DNA from: Camelus ferus
Taxonomy: Eukaryota
Length of the DNA: 64,000 nt
Assembly (NCBI RefSeq): GCF_009834535.1
Contig: NC_045696.1
Coordinates: 51,648,001-51,712,000, forward strand
Direction: 5' to 3'
Both the position numbers and the translations under genes were made by a program. The notes under the pieces are model-generated. The model did no database searches, was not told where the DNA came from, and worked only from the letters and a program-made list of their open reading frames with translations. How positions within the stretch are numbered: the stretch's first letter is position 1; each line of letters begins with the position of its first letter. Below are positions 1 through 11,100 of this stretch, in pieces.

Positions 1-1089
1 ATGCTAAGGTACAGCCTAGGGCAGCAAGCATGTACCGGCAAAACATCAAAAATCCACGCAATGGGGACTTGGGGCCAGAGAGGAGGTGTGTGAAGCACGC
101 CATCTCCTCATGCACACCCCTGGACGGCACAGAGCTTGGGCAGGGTAATCTCAGTGAAACCGGAGACTTCCAAGCCATCCTCCCACAGAGATAAACCACC
201 CCTGGTCCCCAGTGACTCCAGGCAGCAATGAGGACAGTTTTCATGTTCCAAAACTAATTGGACAGTAAGGAGTGTCTGTAAGAATAAAAGGGGGCAGGAG
301 TGGAGGATGGAAATAAAAGAGGAAAAAAGTGTCCTTGTTGAAAGTTTTAAATTACAGGCTCAGTAAAAAACTGGCATTCCACCACATCCGGTCTAGTTAC
401 CAAATGGAAAAACAGGGTCATTAACATGTTTATTTGAATTACATTAGTCCTTCTCTTTCATATTTAATTTATTCTGTTAGAAAAAAAAAAAAAAGCACAA
501 GGCTCTGCACGCTGGGGAAAGGCAGGACTGTAATGGATCAGGGAGCTGAAATGCAATGATCTTTACCCCTTATCTACCCTGCTAAGGCTTTCCAGAACTT
601 ACTAAGATCATTCAGGGATTCTGCCCCTCAGGAGGAAGGGAAGGGTACCAAAAGATGTAAGGATACTGAGTTACTAAAATATTGAAGTACATTTGAATTA
701 AGGGGTGGGAGAGGGGTTTTAATGGAGAGGAAGTTCAGAAAAAGGAGAAAAGCTTGGGATAAATGAATGACCTCTTTTCTGGATTGAATGTCCAGACACA
801 AGGTTGATGCTAGGCTTACTGAACATTCTTCACATGATGTGGACAGTGTAGAACATGGAGAAATCTCTATGTTATTGGTATTTTGGGTATTAAAGGCCAA
901 GTCTTTATGATGATCTCATGAGCCTTGCTGCTGTCCAAAACAGTTCTGATCAACATAAGCAGAAGCAAGTCTAACACAATACATTCAGGGGAAAAGAAAG
1001 AAAGTACATTTTTAGAGTGGACCTGGTTATCACTGTGGTAGTGACACAGGAAGGACACAACTCTTTGTATCATAAAGTTGCTCTGCAAC

Positions 1090-1235
1090 TTACTTGCTAC
1101 ACTTGCACACAAACTTACTTTAATCAGTTTTCCTCATCTGTAAAATGGGAACAAGAACAGTTACCATAGAGTTGAGAGGCACAAGTGGACAATCTATGTT
1201 AAAGTGTTCTCCAAAGCACTGTGCAAACGTAAGAC
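1090..1235 (+). mobile_element. MIR SINE fragment
   Basis: MIR core tcagttttcctcatctgtaaaatggga followed by degenerate 3' part. Confidence 0.75.
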
Positions 1236-2109
1236 ATTCTTAATTCCTGGAGACTGTGGTGCCAAGTACAGGCCAAACAATGTGCCAAATATCCTTAGAA
1301 ACAGGATTAGAAACAAAGCAGGAAATGCTCTGACTAAGCTGAGGGGGACCGGGAGCTTCCATCTCAGTGCTGACTGGTTGTATTGCTTGCTACCTGCAGG
1401 GATTTCTCACCAGGGCGTCAACCTTCGGTTCAGCGACTGCCTCCACAGTAGGTTGCCACCCACTCACAGTGAGTCACAGAAAGTTCACGTCTTACTTCGT
1501 GCTGGTGATGCTAATGTACAGGTAAGCAGGTTTAGGCTTAGTTGCAGATTTCTGCTGGAATTGTCAAAATGGAAGGCCCAGCCTCTCACTGCAACACAGG
1601 CCAGCCGGCCCAACTTAGACTTGGTTCTGGACCCACTAGTGCTCCAAGTTCAAGGTCCAGTTCCAATGGAACAAACGATAGGGAACAATTGCCTTGGACC
1701 TCTTCCTGAGGGTCTCCAAAATGAGTAAAAATTTCTGTCTCTACCTTTCCCTTAAGGCAAGTTTCTCACTTTGTCACAGACAGAATCACATTTTCTGTTA
1801 TGATTCTTCCTTTTGGTCCTGTTCGTTGAACATTTTGCCAGCTGCCTCTAAGCTGAACCTTGGCTCAAATACAATTGCACTCACATTAAGATCATTCTGG
1901 TTTGAGCCCAGAGCGTACTTCGGATTTAATTTTGACAGAGGGAGGGGACAGTGAAGTGATACCAACTCTAGTAGAGGGTAACAGAAGCCCATTTGTGGGA
2001 CCCTGTTTCTGGATGAAGCACTTCAGTAAACAAACAAATAAACACATAAATAAATAAGAACAGGACAAACTCAGATTCAATGAAAATGATTGTGATATAA
2101 GATGAAGAT

Positions 2110-2400
2110 TTCCATTTATAGTGATCAAATCTAGGAAGGGATATGATACTTGTCTATAAAAAATGAAGGGCCTGGGTAAGGTGAATACTACGGATTTGTT
2201 TATCAAAGTCTAGTATATGTGAATTCAAAATCATCTCATTACTCTTTAAAAGAAACGATTTAAGACAAAGTTAAAAAACACGCTTTATACAGTAGGCAGT
2301 AAACTTATAAAATTCATTAAAGGTTGATAACAGAAATAGTATCACAAAGGCTTAGCTAAATTCATAGATAATAAAGTCTATGGTGGTTTACTTAGGGAAA
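2110..2400 (+). mobile_element. CR1/L3-type LINE 3' fragment (CR1_Mam-like)
   Basis: gggatatgat..gtctataaaaaatgaaggg..ggtgaa and ctttatacagtaggcagtaaacttataaaattcatt..aaggcttagctaaattcatagat resemble the CR1_Mam 3' consensus. Confidence 0.65.
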
Positions 2401-2677
2401 CTCGGATGTCTGGAGGAAAGCAACTCCAATTCTTGAAGTTAGGAAAGAACTGTTGTGTTTTATGTAGCAATTTCCTGGCCCTGTGATCAGAAGGTGAATG
2501 CTGGGTGGAGAGGCCCATGGGCTTACCCAGTGGGGTTTTTCTTATAACCATATGCTCATAAGAAACTACTGGCCAAGCTGGAGTGCTGAGAGTAGGCACG
2601 CTGGGGCCAGAGGCACCAGAAATTCTCCCACCGTTACATGTGTGGACTGCCTATGTCATGTCTCTCTCTGCAGCAAT

Positions 2678-2825
2678 TGTTATCATCTCCATGTTACAGA
2701 GGCAAGAACTAAGGATCAGAGAAGTTCAGAGAGGAAAATTAATTTAACAAAGGTCACACAGAGGGGAATTGGAAGACCTGGGATTTGAACTCAGGATTAT
2801 CTGCTTCCAAAGCTACGCTACCACA
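2678..2825 (-). mobile_element. MIR SINE
   Basis: atctccatgttacagaggcaagaactaagg..aaggtcacacag..ctgggatttgaactcagg is the reverse of the MIR core. Confidence 0.8.
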
Positions 2826-4404
2826 CGGTTGCTGTTTTCTTCCCAGTAGCCTGATATATTTCTTCATTTCCCTCTGTATCTAAATTGTGTGTGTAGTAGC
2901 TTCTTTGCTGAGAAACCATGTGACCATCCACAGCTTTACATGAAAATGACTCCCCATCTCATTAAGAGAGAACAAAAGAAGCGAGCAGATTATGAGCAGG
3001 TAAAGGCATATGGCTTGCAACACCCACAGCTGTGAATTCCTACTGAGTGCCACTGATGACAACGTGTATTAACAGGTCTCTTCTCTATCAGTCCATCTAA
3101 GGATATACTCTCAGCTTTCCTGATCTAAACTCAAATATTTCAATAAAAATAACATCTAAGAAGTGAAGGGGTATCATGGATGCCAACAACCGTCTCGCTT
3201 TATGAAATCTAACAATGAATGGGTAATCAAAATGGGTTACCAAAACGGAAGCTGGAAACGCAAGAAAGATCTGGATGGTGGGGAGAAGCACGGTGAAGAG
3301 GAGAAGAGGAATTAGAGGAAAATCCAGGGTTCACTTTCCCAGAGTCTGGGTGATTTAGTCCTTATGAGCTTGGTTTCCTCCATATTTTGAAGAGTTTCAA
3401 TTCAGTTGCAGGAGATTTTGTGATGCAAGAGTGTTGCTTGCAGGGCTAAAGGCTCTGACAACGTATTTTAGCTTACTGTCCCTCATAACAAAAATAAGAA
3501 GCTTTTAAAATGATTTATGCCTTTGAATATGTTGGTAAATACCTGTATCTTAATTTCTGTAAAGTGGGGCCATTTTTTAAAAAATATATATTCAGGATTA
3601 TTATATATAAGTGAATAGGAGCAATTTATGTGTATTATTAAAAATTCAGTTAAAACTAAAGTCATCTATAATTCCTTTTCCAGGGTTCTCTTCTATTTTC
3701 TTTTTTACATTTCTGTTCCCTTTCTTTTTTCTTTTTCTCTTTCTCCAGGATTTTAGCCATAGATGTAATAGGTTTCTATAACACCAACTGGGAACCCATC
3801 GCTTTCACAAATGTTCCCTTAGAGACGGACTACTCAGATAGTGACTATCACTTGCCAAGGAAAAATCAGTGTGGCTTGATGTTATTTAGAAGAGCTGAAA
3901 TCATTCTCTGAGCAGAAATTCTTTAATTATTTAAGAATACTTCCTACCTAAAGACTTACTTTCCCTCAACCCCAATTTGACAATCTCACCCTAAAGAAGG
4001 CCTTGGGATGTGACATTACTGAACCTGGCAAAGCTTTATGTCATGATGTCACTGTTTAACTGAACTAAAGAAACTGGTAGGTGCCCAAGAAGAAAGAGGA
4101 TATGAGAAAAATGCCAGGGGTTATTGTCTAGACTCAGAGAAAAACTTCTCATTGTGTTAAAAGACTCACAACGTCACGTACTGACCGGACTCTACCTTCC
4201 ATGCAGCAATATTGACTACGATACTTAATTTTCATAGCATCTTCCTACTGATCAAACACACTAAAGCCTGGGTAGCTCAGCCCCTTGAATTTAATCCTGA
4301 CAATGCTGAGATGTGAGGCTGACATCTGCTTGGCTCATGCCCTTTGACCCAGGAGAGGAGGGACACACGGGGACAGAACATCAGAGTGATGATGAGCAGC
4401 ACCT

Positions 4405-4675
4405 TGGAGCTCTGGTTCTGGCTCTCAATACTAATTTGATGTGTTGAGTTGAGCAAAATGACTGAACCGTCTAGGCCTGAATGCCTTAATCTATACAGTG
4501 AAGGACTCTTTTCAAATTGAAAGCTCCGATTTTGTCTGGTTGGTCTTCTTGGTTATAACAGGGGTTCAAAGAGGTTAATGGCACAAATTCAGTTCTCATA
4601 CAAGTAAGGTGGCTCAGCATAGTGAGTCACACCTAGCACTTGCTCAATAAACATGTGTTCAATGACTGAATTTCT
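4405..4675 (+). mobile_element. Degenerate MIR fragment (4405-4505) and L2 3' tail (4615-4675)
   Basis: tctggttctggctct..gagcaaaatgactgaacc; tgctcaataaacatgtgttcaatgactgaat. Confidence 0.5.
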
Positions 4676-7569
4676 TGGTATAGAGAAAAACTCTACTTCT
4701 GAGTCAAAGATTCTAATTTAGGTTAAAATGGAGAGCTGTCAAGAGAGATCATAGGGGTTAGGACCAATGCATCTGAGCCCCTGGGCAAAATAATTAGAGC
4801 ACAGGCCTCACTAATGTCATGTCAGGCGTGTTGCCACAGCCACTGTGGTGCAGGGACAAGGGCAGTGTTCGCTACTCCTCAGATCAGCCACGAGTGCTCT
4901 TCCCAGTACTGTCTTCCAAACAGATGCTAATTCTAAAAGCATTCTCTGAATGTAAGACTGCAGAATAGCTCACCAACTCCTTGTGACACTCATTCGAGGT
5001 ATGAAAATCACAGATTATGTTCTCTTCATGTTTCATGTGGGAGAAGAGAAGCCTGCTTCCACTGCGGGTCACCCCAGTTGCCATGGGGATGGGAAACAAG
5101 TTAACCTGTAACTCTTTAAAGCTTGAGCCACCACCCCTTTGTAAAACACTTGAGTCTAGACTTTGCCCATATGTAGGATAGCCAGTGATTTAGGAGGTGA
5201 TCACATGCCTAAATTTTGCCTCAGGTAGTGAGTGAGAATCATGTCATAAAAGAATATATAAAAATACCAATTCAGTGAGACAATAATATCAAGCACCTGA
5301 TCAGGGTGATCAGCAACACCATAATTTGAATTCTTTGGCAATACTTTACAAACTAACTGCAAAGAGGGACTAGAACCTGGAAGATGAAGGATGAAACAGT
5401 AGAGCAGGTAATCTCATCGTAAATATTCTCTGACATTTTTAATTCGCTCCCAACATCTTGGGTTTGGTTTGGTTTTCTTTTATTTTTGGTTCCATGGGTG
5501 TACCGGGTTCCCCTTCTCTCCTTCTAGAACCTGGCCGCGTAGAGAGGCGGAGGGTGCCACCCAGTCGCAGAGGGCTGACAGCTCCTCCTCTGCCCTACAG
5601 TATGGAGCCAGTCTCCGGAGCCTCCGGCCTCCTGGGCTGGCTGGCAGTGAGCAGGACATACTGGTTTGACTTCAGTAGCTGTGTTGCCGTCCCACAGGCA
5701 GCTACCGTCACTGCACACCGGCGGTCCCTCTTCTCAGCAGGTTATAACTCAACCACCAAAACACCAAAATAGGCTCTGGTTTGAAACTCAGTGCCCAGAG
5801 TCCCAAGCTCCAGAATGACTGTGGTTAACTTCCAAATTTAAGAACAGATTGAGTTTAGTAGGTTATTTGTTTTCTGTTTTCAAATATGTGTGAAGTGTCC
5901 TTTAAACTTTCCATAGGAAAATGTACAAAGAAAGACATGCCATTTTAGTACCATTGGTAATTCATTCTGAATTTCAGCACGCCACTGAAAGGACCAAATG
6001 GTGGGGGAAAAAGAGTTTGTTTTATTTTCTTACCAAATACAGATGTTTTGACCACTTGAATCCTCATCAGTGCTCAAAATATTGGTGTGTTGTAACACAA
6101 TAAAATAAAGGCGTTAACTTCTTTGTTTCCTTCCTTTCAGTGATGTGCAGAAAGGATTAATGAGTTCTTGCTTTGGCCCTTGTATAACTCAAAAACTCGT
6201 TTCAACTTAAATAAATTAAGTAAGTAATTAGTTCATAATATGGCCTAATCACCTCTGGTATTTTGAAACAAACAAAAACACAAAAATGGCTGTTGAACAT
6301 TTGCACTTAATTACTTCTATATAAAATACCATGTAGATTTTATTATAGGTGCCATAAGTTTCAAATCTAAGCTTTGTCTGCTACAGAAAACCTGGGCTAA
6401 GGTATTGTTTAGATTCTGTACCCTTTCCTACTATTTTCCTAAAGAAAGACAGTCTATGAACCCACATTCTCCCTCTCTTAATTGGCAAAGGGAAGCACTT
6501 TATTTCAAAAACTCTGGAGAATAGGTTACTTTCTACAGAGGCGCAAAGGATGTTAATAAAAAAACCAGTCAGTATCATTTCTAGAATTTATACAACATTC
6601 AGTTTTTGCTCCTGGAGTCTGAGCAGTTCTTGTTTGCATACATGTCTATTTGGGGATTGCTCTTGGTGATCAGGACAGCCTTATGGGAATCCTTCCAGAT
6701 GAATATACCCAATAGAGCAAGAAATCTTGCTACGTCTCTAATGTAAAGGAAAAAAGGACTTTTTAACAACTGTGTAATTGTGAGTTTTAGCCTTAAAGGA
6801 ACTTTCTTGGCTTGGGTTTCTTCCACCCTCCCCCTCAGATACTTAATAATCAAAGTATATGCCAAGAAACTAATGATGCAAACCAGAGTATTGCACATGA
6901 ACCTGGACCTCTTTCCCATTGTGTAACGAGACCAAGATTGGACCCAGAAAGCCAATGATAGAAAACAGACAATCCAACATGATCTATAGGAAGGTGCTGC
7001 TACCTTGGGGGGACTCACAGACACATTTCCTAGCCTCCTATAAAGAGCCCCTGTACAGGTTCTGAAGCTTCTAGGCTAATCTAACAACCAGCAGCAAAAA
7101 GGAAGAAGGAGCAAACCTTCACTAGTAAATGTCCAGGTCACTTCCTTGCTCGAACCCACTGCCATGTCAGCTGCACACCTCACTGCACACCTACCATGCA
7201 TTTGTAATCCCTTTTGAGTTCTGATACAGAAACCTAAGCACAAATAAAAATTTCCCCAAGCTGTGACAGCTTTATGTATTCCACTCACTTTAGGACTTAG
7301 ACCCACTTTTCTTTGGATGTTTAACCTGGGAGAGCTTCTCCTTTAGCTTCCTGACTCACACAAATCCATCTAATGCAACCCTTGTGAGCTGGGGCCATGT
7401 GTTCACTTAGTGATGCCTGACACGTAGTAGGAGCTCCGTAAACATTTGCTTTCCAGAGTTGAACTAGCTGTACTGTAAGGCAAAAGGGAGTACATGATAG
7501 AGTTCTCAATGAACTTGAGGGAGGACTGATAGATCCTGAGCACACTGAAAAAAATTCAAGCAGTGAAAA

Positions 7570-7655
7570 CAGTTGGGGTTTGATACAGCTTCCCAAGGGA
7601 AGTAGTGGAAGTTTTATTACTCAGGGCATTTTAAACTAGAGTAGACAAAACACTA
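7570..7655 (+). mobile_element. L3/CR1 3' fragment
   Basis: cttcccaagggaagtagtggaa..ggcattttaaactagagtagaca resembles the CR1 3' end. Confidence 0.45.
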
Positions 7656-7821
7656 GTGGGGTATGTTGAAATAAAATATGCGTAGTCCGTCTGTGAATTA
7701 GTGTTTACTTTCAATATAATTATAAGTGAAGCAACACTGTAATGGGAATTTTTCATACACAGGAAAGCTATGGCTACTATGTTTCCACATTGACCATATG
7801 TTGCACATATGTGTATCCCTA

Positions 7822-7835
7822 CTGCCCTCTAGTGG
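7822..7835 (-). promoter_or_regulatory. CTCF core motif
   Basis: Minus strand CCACTAGAGGGCAG matches CCASYAGRKGGCRS at every position. Confidence 0.6.
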
Positions 7836-10800
7836 ATAAAATGTAAGACCTACCTGATCAGACCAATCTAACAAGCTACCATGGCTTGGGGGGATATATC
7901 AATCCTTAATCATTTAGGGTAGAAAGAAAATAGCTGTGTTGATGCATTTTCCATCAAATTATAAAATTGAAGGGCATTAAAAACAACAGAGTCAAACTCT
8001 GTAATTAAGACTGCCATTTAATGTTTGTTCGCACACGGTATTCATTTCTGTGTATCCCTGCCAAAGATCCATTGTGTAATGTTGTCCTCACATGACATTA
8101 AAAACACCAGTTCCCTGGAAAATGTAAAAAAGAAATCATGCTGCCTTGAAATACACGGAGTTTACTTTTGGAAACAGAAAATTAATACAGACCCAGTAAG
8201 ATAATTTGGAACACAAGTAACGGCTAGAACAAACTGGAAAATCAGGACTTCTCCTTAAATCCGAGCAAGCATGTTAGCAGTCTCTGGGTGTGCTGGCTGA
8301 TTCTCAGAAGAGGGCAGGCAAAACGGCTGCAGAACAGGGAAGCTGATTTAAAAAGGACTGATGTAACACACTCTTACCCAGAGTTATGGGGCAGGAAAAT
8401 AAGTCAGAACACACACTTGGTACTGTGGGTATATATTTAATGTGATCAGATTTCAGCTGCTTTTCAGGTGTAGAATCTAGATGATCTCTTTCATTAAAAA
8501 AATGAGGTGGATCTGGGTAGTCCTCTAGCATTTTGTCATTAAGACAAGGGATACGTCTAAAGGCAGTTCTCTTTGTAAAATATTGTTTTGAAGAATTTAG
8601 ACTTTAATCACTAAATTTTAGTTTCAAACATAGTATGTAAAATAATTCTCCTAAAATACTGAGAGGGAACAACTGTAAAATCTGAGTTGCCTAAACAACT
8701 GTTATACCAAATAGAGTAAATGAAATTTGAGTGAAGAAAAAGATACCCCATGCATGTGGAGAGTAGCAGGCCAGTGGTCATTACTACGAATGGGGGGAAG
8801 GAAATGGACTAATGCTTTAAATATCAATAGTTATTAGAGGCTAGTGATGTGAGGCTGTGTGTACATTTGAAGGGAGGGGAATGTGGATGGGCATGAAGCC
8901 AGATTCTACCCTTTGAATGAGTGACAGTTTTCACAGCACCTGATTTGGTAAAGGAGTGATGGTTTAGCAATCAAAGGTAGATTCCAGAGGACTTCTCATC
9001 AACTTAAAAAAACGCAACAGACCTACCTAGATCAAGGTGAGAAACAACATGAAATCTCTCATTACCTGAGTGACCTAGAAGAAAATCTGATCCAATAAAT
9101 ATCCTGGAAACTTGGGTCTTCCTCTCAACCAGATTTATGGTATAGCAACTAGCGTCTCTATAGACAGATAACTGGAAGCCCCCAGGAGAGTTGGGGGTAC
9201 GCAGTATGGACCACAGGGAAGACATACAGTTTCCTACTTAGCACCACGGACAGAGCTGTCAGCAGAAAGGAACATCCTTGGAGTTATATTGGAGTTAAAG
9301 AAACACAAAGAAATCAGTGCTGCATTTTAAAGATGCTTCTTACTTATCCCTAGTATGACTGGCCTGTGGGATTGTGTTGGAATTGGGTTCCACTGTTTCC
9401 CCACTGGGCAGCCATTGGAGCTGAAAAGGACTAACTCTGAATAAAAAGGTGTCTGGTCCACCTGTGCACACGGAGGAAGGAAAGGTTGATAAGGGAGAAT
9501 GATGTCTCCTTGACCTTTCTGTCACTTCTGGTTTTTGAGAAACTATAGCACCCTGAGGAATGATACCAGGCTTTCCTGTGACAAGAGGAGCCCACATGTA
9601 TTTCAGCCTTAGGACCTCTAGGAAACAGAAATTGCTGTGGGGCAGAACTAAGAGAAGAGACCAAGTAAAAACAACCTTAAAAGAAAGTCAAGCGTCTCTA
9701 TTCCATCTCCTATCAGAGCAGATTGCAAACCAGACCCCTCTTTTTTTCTTAGTGCTGGTCTTTACAGGGTGAAAGGCACTGCTGGGTTCCATAATTGAGT
9801 AACAGAATCTGCGAAATGAATATTGTCCCTCTCAGGCTTGAGCAGTGAATGGGTCGCCTTTTCTGCCCTGCTGAAACTTGATGGAGAGACCTAGTTTAAT
9901 GAAAGAAAGCATCCTGACCCAAGTTATCTGACATTACATCTTACTGTCATTAGCTGAAAATCTGGACTTCAAGCGTTTCCGATTTGATTAACAGGAAACT
10001 TAGCATTTCTAAAAGAACCTGATTGCAGGGAACTTCTGGGTTGCACTTTCAATCTTTTTTTTTTTTTTTTTTTTTTTTTTTTAGGGTTTTCTTTTATATC
10101 TTTTGTTTCTTAGGCCTTTATGTCCACAAGGGAGTGTAGGGAGGCTATACAGGGAATTGGAACCTGGAATTTCTGTCGGCTCACTACATGTGTTCACCAA
10201 ATGGGAAAGTCCTCACTTAAAATCCCAGCAAGACAAGATAAGCTCTGTCTGCCCAGCAGCCTTTCAGAGGCATTAAGGGTAAGAGAGAAGGTAAGTAATT
10301 CACGATGCGTCCCCATTTCTATAATGGGGAAGGACGTCTTGATACATTTACAATCCTCCTCTGGGGATATTTCATCAGTTATACCTAAACTCTAATGGAC
10401 AATAATTGATTTGAACTTTCCACTTAGCACAGAGCTGTAAACAGCTTCACTGCAGACAGCAGCAATGCACCGACGTTTTGTAAAGTGGAGAGAGATTCAG
10501 AAAACTTTTGTACTGGGTCAGGCCGTAGCCTAACAGCTTTTGTTTCCAGGGAAGAAACAGTTTGTCCTCCTGGTTTTAATAGCTGGGCTAATCGAGTCTC
10601 AAGCCTGCGCTAGGTATAGGTTATCTTTTGAAGGCATTCCATTTTAACCCCTCGCTATTATGACGGGTTTATAATCCAGCCATAAAAATGCATTCCTGAT
10701 TTAGACATACATCAGGACACACTCAAAAACATAATTTGCAGAGTGCTAATTTCCTGATGAAGGGAAAAATAAGACATTAAGATCATTTTAAGACTACTGT

Positions 10801-10879
10801 TGTTGTTGTTTTTTTTTAAACTCTCAGTGGTCGGTGAGCCTCTCAGGGAAAGTACTCCCTTTCTCTACATGCCCCTCAC

Positions 10880-11100
10880 CTAGCTGAGGTCGCTCTGTCT
10901 CCTCCCCTCTCTCCCTAGACACCTCACTTTGCTTCTGGCCACATCCTAGCAAGGTCTCTCCCAGGAGGAGGCGGAAGCCTCCTCTGCGGCAAGGGGTGGG
11001 CAGGGCAGGGGCGCACCTCTGTGCAGGGGCGCTTCTGCAGCCCCCTTCCAGCCTTGATGAACACAGAAGGAAACAAAGTTTAAGGAATTCTTATTCTGTT
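10880..11100 (-). ncRNA. Candidate alternative first exon (5' end uncertain)
   Basis: Locally GC-rich unique segment (10880-11055) ending in donor gctAG|GTGAGG at 10880/10879. Confidence 0.3.

Noticed and set aside
1204..1728. Longest ORF (174 aa, plus strand)
   Set aside because: GTG start, begins within a MIR remnant, no recognisable domain; length is compatible with chance
6599..7024. 141-aa minus-strand ORF with hydrophobic stretches
   Set aside because: Non-ATG start, hydrophobicity reflects T-rich composition, no family resemblance or exon boundaries
10055..10082. Long mononucleotide runs (T28 here; A24 at 26738, A22 at 28151) as retroposon tails
   Set aside because: No flanking target-site duplications or element bodies seen; treated as simple homopolymers
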